DNA of 31,247 bases, from contig NW_027191414.1 in NCBI RefSeq assembly GCF_041146345.1, positions 1,426,001 to 1,457,247 on the forward strand, in the 5' to 3' direction. This DNA comes from Neodothiora populina. Taxonomy: Eukaryota. The translations under genes and the position numbers were made by a program. The notes under the pieces were generated by a model that did no database searches, was not told the DNA's origin, and saw nothing but the letters and a program-made list of their open reading frames with translations. This document shows positions 11,854 through 23,162 of the stretch, piece after piece. The first letter of the stretch is position 1, and the number at the start of each line of letters is the position of its first letter.

Positions 11854-13520
11854 TGTTGCCTGGAGTAGTTGGATAGATTGCTAGTCCGTGAGCAAGCATA
11901 TCGACTCAACGCTAGCCGTGCAACGGTATACCTTCATCTCGCATAATACATAGAAACCTCGGTAGAGCTCGAATGCTATATGGACCTCAGAGTGACCAGA
12001 CCGGGCCGCTGTTTACCAATATCTTGTTTGTAAAGCAAACGCGTTTGCGGCCTAATCAATCAATATCCAATCCACGAACAGAGCACAGGCTTTCTCCCCC
12101 GTACGATCCCCGTGCGTGAAGCTATGGGAAGGACACTATAGTAGGGTAAGAAAGGTAAAGTAGCCAGCGTCAGTGCTCGGAGTAGTTTCCCATTCAATCT
12201 TCCAGACTCATCTACAAGCTCCGGACCGTAGCATCTTCTTCCCGAGCCGTCCGTCCGCGTGTTCTTTTAGTCTGGTGGAGTCGAACAGGCTGCTTGTTGC
12301 GAGCAGTGAAACGTGGATAAGAGACTAAATAACTCTGTTTCTCTTGGGAGGCGAATAGAAGGATCGTCCTGTTGGGTGAAGCCCTGTTGGGGGCGAGGAC
12401 TGAATGTACATTCATATCGTCAAAAGTGGAAGGAGGTTAAGGTCGCCTAACCTCTCGGTAGATAGATGCAGAGCGTCGGTAATGTAAATGAATCAAGAGA
12501 CGTAGAGCAGAGTTCGTTGGACGTGCGACTAAGACATGAGTTGTCGATGTGGGTCATATCAGGAGTGTGAAGTCTGTAGATTGTGTGTAAAAGACGGAGG
12601 TAGTCATGACAAATGTCTTGTTCTCTCTCTCTCTTCGTACAGCACTCGGAAGGAAAGATTACTTCCGCAGCACGACACCTGATGCCCCAATGCTCTCTAA
12701 TGAATTCTGCTCCTGTGTAGGAGATTCTTGCATTATGAAGCAACATGGTGCGTTCACTACATTCTAGCATTGTTTCTGGACTAGTGTTGATGCGAAATGT
12801 GTCCTTCCAAGGTTCTTGTAGAAGTTCTGATCGTCAGTCAACGAAGGTACCTACAGTACTAATCTTGCCCTTCATAGTAAAGGCGACGTACTGTATCATC
12901 CAGGTAGAGATCAAACAGACAGCGAGACAAGATTATATGTAAGGTACGCCAAAGCAGCCAACTCACTGCATCATCTTACCTGAAGCACCTGCAGACTTCG
13001 CTTGAATGCCAAGCCTTAGCCAAGTCAGGTAGTCGAAGCGCATTTGAAAGAACGACTCGGTTGTTCAAGCGAATACACCCGCTTACCCTGACTTTGCCCT
13101 GAGTGATCATCTCGTCTCCTGTCGTCTCGGGAATCCTTCAAGGATCCTTCTGTTACCTTGTGTACCCTGCCCTCTTGCTCTTGCGCGACTACAGTCAGAT
13201 ATATTCATCGATTCCGAATCAAATCTGACATCATGTTGATCGTACATCCTGTAAGGTACCTCAGGAAGTAGAAAGAAATTCAAGGTCTACGATGATGGGT
13301 CACAGTGCATAACATGAGCTCGCCCAACGAGACGAGATCTGCAGGGCCGAACAAGCTTCGCCAGTCAGGAGATGTCGAAGGATTCGAACGTATGATATTT
13401 TGTAGTTTCTTAGCCCTTGGTCTCCATCAGCGATCACAACCGTTTTGTCTTCACGCCATGTCGGGAGTGGATTGATCATGTCCTTCGTCAGGAGATACTT
13501 CTGCGATTCTCCCGTAGGCC

Positions 13521-13530
13521 TATATATATA
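13521..13530 (+). promoter_or_regulatory. TATA box, (TA)5, of the NmrA-like gene
   Basis: TATATATATA about 90 nt upstream of ATG 13618, which has a good start context (TCAACATG). Confidence 0.5.
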
Positions 13531-13617
13531 GCCGACTCCCCGTGTCCGCAGGCCCTGTTCGTCGATTTCACAGACACACTGTCTTAAAAAATTATACCAA
13601 AAGCGTTCAATATCAAC

Positions 13618-14580
13618 ATGCCTAAATACGTCCTCACTGGCGCAGATGGCAATCTTGGTCGTGTCGCAGCGACATGGGCGTTGCAGACGGCAGTGCCAGA
13701 CCAGAAGGTCGTCATTACAACATACAAGAGATCAGCTGTCCCAGCGGGACTGCTCAAGTCCTGGGAGAGCCAAGGTGCAGAAATTCACGTGGCTGACTAC
13801 GACTCCCCCGACACGCTCGAGCGGGCTTTCCAAGGAGCTGAAGCTGTTTCATTCATCTCGACCTGGCTTTTCGGCGAGGGTCGCCGTCGACAAGCGGCCA
13901 ACGTCATCAAGGCCGCCAAAGCAGTCGGTGTAAAGAGAATATGTTACACCAGCTTCGTTGGTGCTGGACTCGGCGAGACCACAGACAAGGAAGAAGAGGT
14001 GCCTTTCCTACCGCGGGACCACGCCTTCATCGAAAAGTTGGTCAAATCATCCGGTCTACAATGGAACCTCCAACGCAATTACTTGTATGTCGACAATATC
14101 GCTGCTCTCTTTGCGCCTTCTTGGAAGTTTTGTGGCAACAGGTGGTTGAGCAACAGCCATATGGTGCCTGGCGCATACGTTTCGCGTGAAGATTGTGGCC
14201 GAGTTCTGGGTTCGCTGTTGCTAGGCAAAGGAGAGCCAAACACGGTATACGAAGTTACGGGCCCCGAGGCGGTGACAGACAAGGAAGTTTTCGAGTGGAT
14301 GTGCAACCAGACAGGTTACAAGGCCGAGTTCGTCGACGTCCCCGATGTTGAGCTGGAAAAGTGGTGGGCCGAGCACAGTCTACCGTACGATGGTCTGGCC
14401 GACTTTTCGAAGCTGCCGATGAAGTTGTGCATGAACGACCTACTATGCTGTGGCGAGATGCTGGCGAGGGGTTTCATGTTGCAGACAACTAATGCTGTTG
14501 AAAAGCTTACTGGTAAGAGGCCACAGGGCTACAAGGAAGTGCTCGCGCGGTACTCGGACTTGTTCCCGAAGCCCGAGTGA
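13618..14580 (+). CDS. NmrA-like / YtfG(QOR2)-like NAD(P)-binding atypical SDR, 320 aa, intronless
   Basis: N-terminal Rossmann motif YVLTGADGNLGR, then ADYDSPDTLERAFQG, NVIKAAKAVGVKRICYTSFVG, YVSREDCGR, YEVTGPEA and VEKLTGKRP, all typical of this family. Confidence 0.9.
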   Translation: MPKYVLTGADGNLGRVAATWALQTAVPDQKVVITTYKRSAVPAGLLKSWESQGAEIHVADYDSPDTLERAFQGAEAVSFISTWLFGEGRRRQAANVIKAAKAVGVKRICYTSFVGAGLGETTDKEEEVPFLPRDHAFIEKLVKSSGLQWNLQRNYLYVDNIAALFAPSWKFCGNRWLSNSHMVPGAYVSREDCGRVLGSLLLGKGEPNTVYEVTGPEAVTDKEVFEWMCNQTGYKAEFVDVPDVELEKWWAEHSLPYDGLADFSKLPMKLCMNDLLCCGEMLARGFMLQTTNAVEKLTGKRPQGYKEVLARYSDLFPKPE

Positions 14581-14623
14581 AGCGTCTGTAAAGAAAGAGC
14601 AGACGGTCACTTTCTGATCACCA

Positions 14624-16546
14624 TCATACATATTTCGATGCAGGGTCCTCTTGCTGAAGTTGCTTGTAGCCAGGCAGCGTCCATCTCCGGCCGGATTTGA
14701 CTTGGCGAAGGCGCTTGTAAAGGATGACCAGAATGAGCAGACACGACGAGATCAGGATGATTTTCAGGGGGCTTCTTGCGATACTTCCGAGGCGGGTCAT
14801 GGCCTGCTTGAAAGCCTTACTTGGGATTAGTCATATTTATACACGAAACACAGATGTTTAGTATCAACTTACCATTTTCCAACCGAGATAGATGTTCGCA
14901 CTTGTGCCAAGGATATTGCCACTTTTATCAAGTGCCACTACACGAAGAAAAGAAGCATCACCGGCTTCGTATCGAATCTCTGTCTCGAAGGATTCTTTGA
15001 TCGAAGTGGCAATGTCGGTCCAATCCTCTTCGGCCATGTCGCCGACCTGTGTAGACTTTTGTACCTTCCAAGATTTGACTTCGGTGGCGCCATTCCAGCT
15101 GACAAACAGAGATGGATTGGCCCCAGAGTCGAGCGTTACTTTTGGAGACCAGGTAGGGTTCCCCAGCCAAGGAGCCTTGAGAGCCTGGTAAGATTGGACA
15201 TGGCCATGCCCCCAGGAAGCCTGTGTGGAGAAGCGGTTATCGCACAGTACCTCACCGTCGGCCGAGAACTCTGTCCATACACCGACATAGCCAAAGCCAA
15301 GCAGAACCTTTGGGTCGGAATTGTTCGTGGTTGGAATGAGCTGCATGCTGCCTTGGCTCAGAGCAAAGATACGATCTGGGTGGATGTACGACTTGACCAG
15401 CCTTGCTGTGAAGGGGAGAGAGGAGGAATCCGGCGATCCAGGATTGGTGGGATATGTCAATTCAATAAGCGCACCTCGAGAGGGTCTGTCTGTCTTGTCA
15501 GGATCATCGCCGCCGTTATCAAAGAAAGTAACAAGCTGCTTGGTTATGCCGTCTTTGTGGTTGTCCTCGCCGTGGACTTTTATCTGATCTGCCAGAAGAG
15601 TGGGGAAGTCTGTGAGGGGGTGAGACCTAGCAAGATGCTGGTAGGCAGAATTGGTCGCCTGTCCATTGCTCAGGTCCTTGAAAGTGTTTTGTTTACCTCC
15701 CAAGACCCAGATGATGTGTCCAGTGGTGCCATTGACGTATGTGATTGTTGAAGTAAATCGTGCCGAGATAAGGAAGTTGCCGAGCTCGTCCTTTTCAATG
15801 CTGTTGACGTGATACCAATCCCAAGGGTGTTCAGGCGAGAAACCGGTGGCGCCGACTGGATGAAATGACTCGTTGAGAGAATGATGTTCAGAAGCGCGCC
15901 ACTGAAACAAGGGTTCTCTCGTGGTCAGGTTGACTTCTAGAACAAGACAGTCCCAGATGTAGACCGTGTCTTTGAGTCTGAAGATGCCCGGTTCACGCAC
16001 TGCAAAGACCTGGTAGATTGTCATCAGAGCCGTGCCGTCTGGCGTGATTGTGAACTCGTGGAGATCGGGTCTCAAGCCGCCCACGGTGGATATCTTTGCA
16101 ATCTCCTCGTATCTGTTATTCAACACATAAAAGTCGCCCTCTCCGTGCCCTTCGACCAGGTCGTTGCCGACCCAGAAGGTCAATACAGCCTCTCCCTGGT
16201 ATTCCTGTGCTCTGAAATTGTATGCCTGCCCAGCGACATAGCGCTCCCACACGAGCTCGCCCTTGTTGTCTAATATCGTTACCGAAGGGTGCGACACTTG
16301 GAACCCTCGAGGAGCCAGGAAGACGTGGTGTTCATCGTGGCATTGTGGAGAATCCATGGCCTTTCTTAGTGCTGGCGCTACCAAATTAGACGAGTGGAAA
16401 GACCTGTAGGGGTAAGACCCATGGTTGAGCTCCCATGCGCCTTCATCGTCGCTGTTATCTTTCTGTTTTCCTACGTCGTTAGCATTGGCGAACGTCCACA
16501 AAAGAAGAAGGAGGGACTGGAGTAGGAAAGAGCGATGGAGATTCAT
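14624..16546 (-). CDS. Arylsulfotransferase (ASST / Arylsulfotran_2-like) with signal peptide and probable C-terminal TM anchor, ~617 aa
   Basis: Signal peptide MNLHRSFLLQSLLLLLWTFANA. Motifs ILDNKGELVW, Q.YQGEAVLTFW, DLHEF, DWYHVNSI, ISARFT, IIWVLGGK, YQHLAR, FFDN, SQGSMQ, VSWNGATEV. Donor GTAAGT at 14872, branch GACTAAT and acceptor at 14804/14807 add exon 14803-14624 (AMTRLGSIARSPLKIILISSCLLILVILYKRLRQVK...DPASKYV*). Confidence 0.88.
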
Positions 16547-16999
16547 GCGCGCTGAGGCTCAACACCAGCAGAAACGGGGTTCGAAACAACGAGTATCGGC
16601 GAGTACAGCGGGCTTTGGTGTGTGCGATTCAAAGATGAGGCATCCTTTCTGTTTTTTTTATTGTTGTCGTTGTTTCAATGACACGAGTTGAAGAAGAGAA
16701 AGTCTGGAGGAGCAGAGAGAAAGTTTCGATGTGCAACAAGACAAGGAAGGCACTATTTCTCAACATTGTTTTTTCCCTGATCCAGGAAGGTGCCCTGAGC
16801 TGCCCTATGGCGTCCAAAGCTGAGGTAAAGACCTGGGAGGAAGGTGCGGGGGTGGAGCAGCCGCCGGAGGCTGAAAGTACGTCCGACGCAACGTGTTATG
16901 CTAGGCGAATCCTGGGCGAATCCTGGGCAAAGGCTAAGCGAGCCATGGCAGGTATCATGTACCTGTGTCTTATCTTAAGGCAAGGTACCTTATAGGATT

Positions 17000-19443
17000 C
17001 TAGACGATCTTCACCCGCTGAACCGAGCCATGTTCAAAGAAGCGGTCGATCTCTGCACTGGTATCGAAGTCGCTGTCTTCAACGTCGCTTCTTCCTCTGT
17101 AGTCAATGTCAAAGGCATTGAACACCCCAATCCGTCGGTAAGTCGACTTTTCCCCGGTAGACGCGAGCATCAAGCCGCCGCAGCTGGCAAGACGTAAAAA
17201 CGAGACATCGATTGATCGACCTTCAGACTCCGTGACTCGTACATCACACCGGCAATTCAATGGTCCGAGGTCCTCTTGTGAAGAAAAGGCGTGGAAACGA
17301 GGCTCGGGGCTGCTCCAACTATGGTATTTCATGTCGCTGAAATCTGCCTTGTTGGAAAATCGAACACCGCTCATAGTCCTGAGAGCTCCGTCGATGACCA
17401 CATGTGCCTTCCTTACTCGTCCATATGGATTGTTGGGCGCTAATGGCTCTGCGATACACTCGACCACCTCAGCGCATCCTTCTAACGCTGTGTGATTGCC
17501 CCAATTATGCCGCAGGGGTGAATCGTTCTGCCGCTTCTGTGGAACTGTGGGTGGGACACCTATAACCCCTCTGATAGATGCCCACGACCAGCTTGGAGCA
17601 TAGGGGTCCACATTGGACGGTCTCGTCCACTCGTCTGACAGAGCCTGATCCCACATCAATAGCCAGAGTCCAAAGCTACCTCTTGCGCTGTGCACCTTGT
17701 CGAACCAGATTCCAGCCACATGTGTAGTCTGTAAATGCGCGCTGCAGACGCGAAGCTACACCACCGACCGCCCGGAGACGATCGCGGTCATCGGTGAATT
17801 CTCGCTGGGAATAAGCCGAGACAAACTTTTCCCAGCTTTCCTGCAGTTCTAATATATCATGACTGGATGCATCCTTTACCCTGTGAAATATTGCATTTTG
17901 TAATCGTCGATCATGGACTCCATCCAAGTCGGATTCATCATCGGCGAAGTGGTCATTGGAGCTTGGCTGCTCCCTTTGTTTCCTGAACTGGTAGTTGCTC
18001 TGTTCGCACTGCCACACTATAGTATCAGAGCCGAATGCCAGAATGCGAGAAGAGAGGAGACGCTCCTCAAACAGCCACGCACGTCTGTACCCAGGCTCAA
18101 CAAAGAGCTTAAATCGACATATCGGCTGGATTATCAAGTGTCCTTGGGAGCCGTTTGGGCATCGAAAAGGTAGCTGAAAATCCTTGAAATGAGGCTCCAC
18201 GTGAAACGAACTCCACCTAGAAATACGTGAATTGTTCAAGAAGCTTTCCGCGCATGTCGGCGCCTTCGTAGCGCATATCGTCACATACGAGTTTGTGAAT
18301 ATGTCGGCAATACGTGGGATCTGTTGATTCTTATCTTCCTCGTCGTCCTGTACAATACAGAATGAGTCAACCCATAAGTACCTGAGACCGATTTGTCTCG
18401 CGACGTATATGGCGTCTGCAATGCCGGCCTGTAACCGGTGCATCGGTATACTTTGTTTCAATTCATTGATCGTCTCTCTTGTCGCCATAACATTCATACC
18501 CCAGCAGTAGCTCACCGTGGCATAAGTTCCTATGTGTCCGGGAGTGGTTTCGATTATTCGAGAAGTTGTTTCTCCGATCTCAATGACTCTTGGAGGCAAT
18601 CTGACTTTCCCTTTCTTTATGCAGCTAACATGGTCACGATCACATATCTCCAATCGATCTCTAGCAATCTGAAAGACGGTCTCGGATCTAAAGTCGTTAA
18701 CGAAAGGTCTGGTGGTGATGAAGTGCTCAGCGGCATCGCCTATGAGCATTTGATTAACGTAATGTTCTATACTGAGGAACAAGCAACACACCATTCGCAA
18801 CATTTGCTTCAACCCAGAAAGTATGTTCCCATGTCGTCTGATCCATTGGAGGGAGCTCGGACTCGCCGGTCAAAGTCTGATAGTTGAAGTTCACGCCATA
18901 TATTGCTGTCGCGGGCTCACCCAATGAATTTTGTTCGTCGCAGGCGTATGCACGCGCTCTGATGGCAAAATTCATACCCTTCTCCTTGGGCGGGTCATCG
19001 CTTGAGCACGATGAGCGACGGTGTCGGACACTGCCCTGCTCTGACAGACTTGATCCATCATTGGGCATCCCGCTCTCAGGACGACATCCAGCTTTGGCAT
19101 TATCTCGTGGCCCTTGGCTACCATCTGAATCGTCGTCGCTACAAACATACTTGATATCGCTGTTATCGTTATCGGCATCGTCATTACCATCGTCGTCGTC
19201 GTCGTCGTCGTCGTCATCGTTAACGTCGCCGTCGTTGCCGTACTCATCCATCAGAAACCTCCTATGGAAGAGGTCACAAAGCCCACAGCCAGCATCAACA
19301 CCACTTTCGATCTCCTCTAATGACCTATAGAACACTATTCCCTTGGACTGCAAAGGCATGTCGTAACGGAGCCGTGCCAAGCCATCTGGACTAGCAAAGA
19401 TGTCGGAACAAAACTCGCAGATATCACTGTTTCCTTCCGACAT
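17000..19443 (-). pseudogene. HET-domain (heterokaryon incompatibility-like) gene with one frameshift near 17720
   Basis: ATG 19443 (MSEGNSDICEFC...GCGLCDLF). Intron 18740-18791 (GTGTGT..TAG). HET motifs LPPRVI, YATVSYCWG, LRYLWVDSFCIVQDD..DK, IADIFTNSYVTICA, RAWLFEERLLSSR, WQC, DRLRAVGGVA. The frame then breaks between DY and VAGIW, and the new frame continues to YAPSWSWAS and YRRIG. Confidence 0.85.
19190..19219 (+). repeat. (TCG)8 microsatellite encoding poly-Asp in the HET gene
   Basis: Eight perfect TCG units (19190-19213) plus TCA TCG; these read as GAC/GAT codons on the minus strand. Confidence 0.9.
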
Positions 19444-20930
19444 ACTGCAAGATGTTGCAAAGATGGAGACTTTAGTTTTCAGGTAGAAGAGTCGTGACCG
19501 CGGGTCAAATTGCGGGCCCACACTAGTCGATCAAACCTCGCTATCCAAGCTTCGCGATGTCGATAGGGCGTCGATGAATATGGCCGGGAGTAAAGCGAGG
19601 CTCATGTAATTTAGATCACGTGCATGTGATCTTATATACCTCCTGGTATACAAGATCTGATAGATGTGCGTGGAGGGCAGTTAGAACATCGCTGTCATTG
19701 GACGGCGTGTGAAGACGCATGACGATAATCCATCATTCGTCCCGGGACTGAGCGGGTCCACTCCCTGTCATTGCTGAAGTATCCTCTTCCGATGAGACCT
19801 TGTATTCTCGCACCTATGCATACCAAGATGAGGTCTTCGTTATTGAACACATACCTCTTCGCTTGATCTAAGGTCGCTGTTATAAGAACAGTAAAATTAC
19901 CTACAGTAGTCGAGGTACAGTACTATAAAAGACACCATTTCCAAGCTGCTGTGCCTTATCTGCTTATCTCCAGACTACTCTGATGATACTGTAGGTCTCT
20001 GAAGTGCAGGGGTTGAAGTCAAGGTGCTATCACCAACCAGCTCATCGACCTTGTTGTTGTATGGTCATGAATGATTTTAAAAAACATGCAATATCGAAAT
20101 ACTTGTCTTGAGAGTTATGTGGCACGCCTACTGAATGTTCACCGATAAACTATGTCCTCTGTTGAAAGATTTGGCCAAATGCAGAACATGTAACTCCAAC
20201 GGCAACCCTGTCCACACTCCCATGGTTATTGACGCGCTGCATGCTGTTGAGAAATATGTCAAGGTTAGAGCATATATCCCACCCCATATCGCGTAAACCG
20301 ACGTGTATCTAATACAAAGACTGGTTGGGCATGTCCATGTAAATCGTTGCATAGGTACGTGACACGAAGGTTGACAAACGCGTGACCTGCCCCGCCAACG
20401 ATACTCCTTATGCCTGCGGAAGCAACCAAAGCTGTCCTCTGTTCCTTTACGATAACTATCGCCATTTACATTACGTTCTAGAACGCGACGATGACATTTG
20501 CTTGACAATTATTGAGCCTATCAAATCCAATGCTGATTTCGATGTGATAGACTGCTCTTAGTACCTTAGGCGTACCACTCGCCTGTACGATTCGCTGATC
20601 CCAGGTGCACAAGAAAAACTAATCACCGAGTCTGTCAAGCCTCCGAATTCCTTCGGTGCATCATAAAGATGGTACAAGCACGAATCCTTCGAGGGAAAAA
20701 AGCAGCTGGAAATCTGGTTCGGCCCCTGTCTGACGCAATTAGCAATGTCGGCATGGATATATTCTATCTCCGAGAAAAGAATTAGGCGACAGTCCTCCTC
20801 AAGTTTTTAGCTACTGGCCGAGGTTCTTGCGGTATTATAGCTATCGTAGTGTGTCAAGATGGCAGAGACACTTTTCCCAATACTTAGACTGATACCACCT
20901 CTACACTCCGACACATCCACTGCTGCAACA

Positions 20931-21737
20931 ATGTCTTCTCTTGCTGTTTCGGAGCGATATGTTAGTCTCCGCGACCACAATACAGTAGTCCGCGAAAATG
21001 TTGGAACTGAGTCCCAATGATTATTCTCCATGCTCTGTATATGGATAGTAACCTCTTAATGGAAGGTGTTTTCGAGATCTTGGCATCTTCGCAGCACAGG
21101 GATGGGCTGCGAGAAGAGTCATTGCTTATGACCCGCGAGGTCATGGCGAAGCCATGGATGCGCCACCCACGATGTCTGTAGAGCAACTTGCCGATGATCT
21201 CCGCGAGTTGTGCGCAATTGAGAAATTGCCTAGAGTCGATTTGGTGGGAATCTCGTATGGTGGTGCCGTTGCACAATACTTCGTTCTCAGGAATTCAAAC
21301 CTTGTCCGCTCAGCGGTCTTGATGGGGACCATGTCCAAAGGCATCCCAGCTTTTGCCGGCCGTGCAACGATTGCTGAGAAGGTGGGACTTTATTCGAGCC
21401 AACTCTCGCGCGATGGTTTCTTCATAAAAGTCGAAGCCAATCCCAGATGCGTACAGTATGCAAGGTGGCGCCTAGCGTCGACTCGCACGGAGAATTGGGC
21501 TGCTGCATGGAGGGCACTTAGCAAAATGGATAGATTTGAGAAGTTATAGGATATCCGAGTTCCTGTCTTGTGTCTTACTGCGCGACAAGATACTTCCACA
21601 CCGCCAGCGTTTCTGAAGAGCCTTGCCGGCCAGTGTAAGAAGGGTATTCATCGGGAGATTGCTCGTGGAGTGCATTTTCCCCCCCCGAGAGCCCAGATGC
21701 ATGTGCGGGGGTGGTTCTATTAAGTGGATGGGTCTAA
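20931..21737 (+). pseudogene. Alpha/beta-hydrolase pseudogene, 3-oxoadipate enol-lactonase (PcaD)-like
   Basis: Fragments in three frames: MSSLAVSERYVSLRDH (20931), VPMIILHALYMD (21011), RVIAYDPRGHG...LADDL...VDLVGISYGGAVAQ. In-frame TAG at 21547-21549, then DIRVPVLCLTARQDTSTPP...GVHF. The Ser-Asp-His triad is still legible. Confidence 0.8.
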
Positions 21738-22236
21738 GCCGAATGCATCATATAGGGCCAAACGCGCCACGTCGAAATGCGAATCTGCCGAATCAGTGAA
21801 TACCGGGCGAGTATGAAGGTCAGGGGCGAGCGATATTGGGCTTCGCTTGGTGGGCTGAAGATGCAAGGCATACGAGCGTAAGAGTCCTTAGGCTACATAC
21901 TTTTTTCACAGATTATCCCACATCATTAAGTCAATTGCCATAGTCCGAGCTTCCTAAACGCACTAGACAACTCCAAGTTTAGTCCACAAGGCCGAGCTGG
22001 GGCCTGATCGTGGGAGAGACATTATATGGATTGGGCTATAATACAAAGGCTCGTGAGATAACTCCACTACCTTAGGGAAAGGAAAGCTCTCATAATCGCT
22101 ACAGATGTGCTGTGACTATATGCTGTCCCCTCGAAGAGCTACTCAGTAAAGCTCTTAGGCATTGCAAACAAATGAAGATACCAAATTTTTGGGAGTAACC
22201 CGTAATTGACCACTGACAGTGTTCTTGCTCTCCGAA

Positions 22237-23150
22237 TCAAGCAATTGGGTTGTCCTTAGCGAAATAGTACCTCGCGGCAGTAATGAGAATTGCGCCGACC
22301 ATGATAACAGCCGACTGAAGGCAATGCCACCAGTGTAGCCATTGTAGTTGTTGATTAAAGCGCCGGTAATAGGAGTGCCTGCGAGACCGGCGAAACCCAC
22401 CACGAACGTCGACTGACTAATATAGGTACCGATGTACAACAACATCAGAGGACTTTTGGAGGCTAGGAATGAATAATGTACCTTGCTAGGATGGTCTGCG
22501 GTATATGCGACGGTCGACATTATTAACGTGATGATAATACCGCTTGTGGCTCCGAACAGTATAGACAGTACGATAAGTCCAGCTGACGACTCGATAGCGA
22601 GCCAGCAAAACATTAGAATCGAGGAGGCGTAGCAGGCGAAGGTGATGATGTTGAATTGTCCGAGATAATTAGAGAGGCTGCCACCTGACATGCGTCCGAC
22701 AAAGGAGCCAGCATTAATCATGGCGAACAGATATGCAGCTAAACCAGCATCTATGCCGTGAGCTAAGCCATGATTGGCAAGGTAGAAGTAAGGAGTCCAC
22801 AGCCCAAGAACTACCATGAAGAGGGCGGCAACCTGGGATGAGTATTGGGGTTTCTTAAAGGCCTCAAGGAGGATGAATCGACCTTGTCTCCTCATGCTGG
22901 TCGGGCGAATAGCTACGGCTGCTATGGCGAGCAAGAAGAGACTTAGAAAACCACAGGTCCGCTGGGCCCAGCCAAACCTGACGCTCGGGATGAGATTGTT
23001 CAAGATCACCGGGTAGATGATACCACCAATTGGAGAGCCAGTCGAGGCGAATGACATTGCCATGGCTCTCTTTGAGAAGAAGTAATGACTAACGACAGAT
23101 AAGGCAGGCGCAAAGATAAGACCAGACGAGATGCCTAGAATAATCCCTTA
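22237..23150 (-). pseudogene. 5'-truncated MFS monocarboxylate transporter pseudogene
   Basis: Starts mid-protein at *GIILGISSGLIFAPALSVVSHYF.SKRAMAM...GGIIYP, which aligns to the SQSIFSGIG...GGVIVP segment of the intact MCT at 10397. The intron at 22434-22481 has acceptor TAC instead of TAG. A frameshift near 22315 precedes the true end SAVIMVGAILITAARYYFAKDNPIA*. Confidence 0.88.
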
Positions 23151-23162
23151 CCCTAACCCTAG
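23145..23162 (+). repeat. Interstitial degenerate telomere repeat (telomere relic) CCCTTA CCCTAA CCCTAG
   Basis: Three tandem hexamers, each at most one mismatch from CCCTAA. They are opposite in orientation to the terminal TTAGGG tract and sit exactly where MCT homology ends. Confidence 0.7.

Noticed and set aside
15059..15751. 230-aa plus-strand ORF, and similar antisense ORFs over the transporters, P450 and HET gene
   Set aside because: Shadow ORFs opposite well-supported genes, with no motifs of their own.
23145..23162. De novo telomerase healing of the MCT gene in place
   Set aside because: Orientation is wrong: healing of a right-hand end would leave TTAGGG, not CCCTAA, on the + strand.
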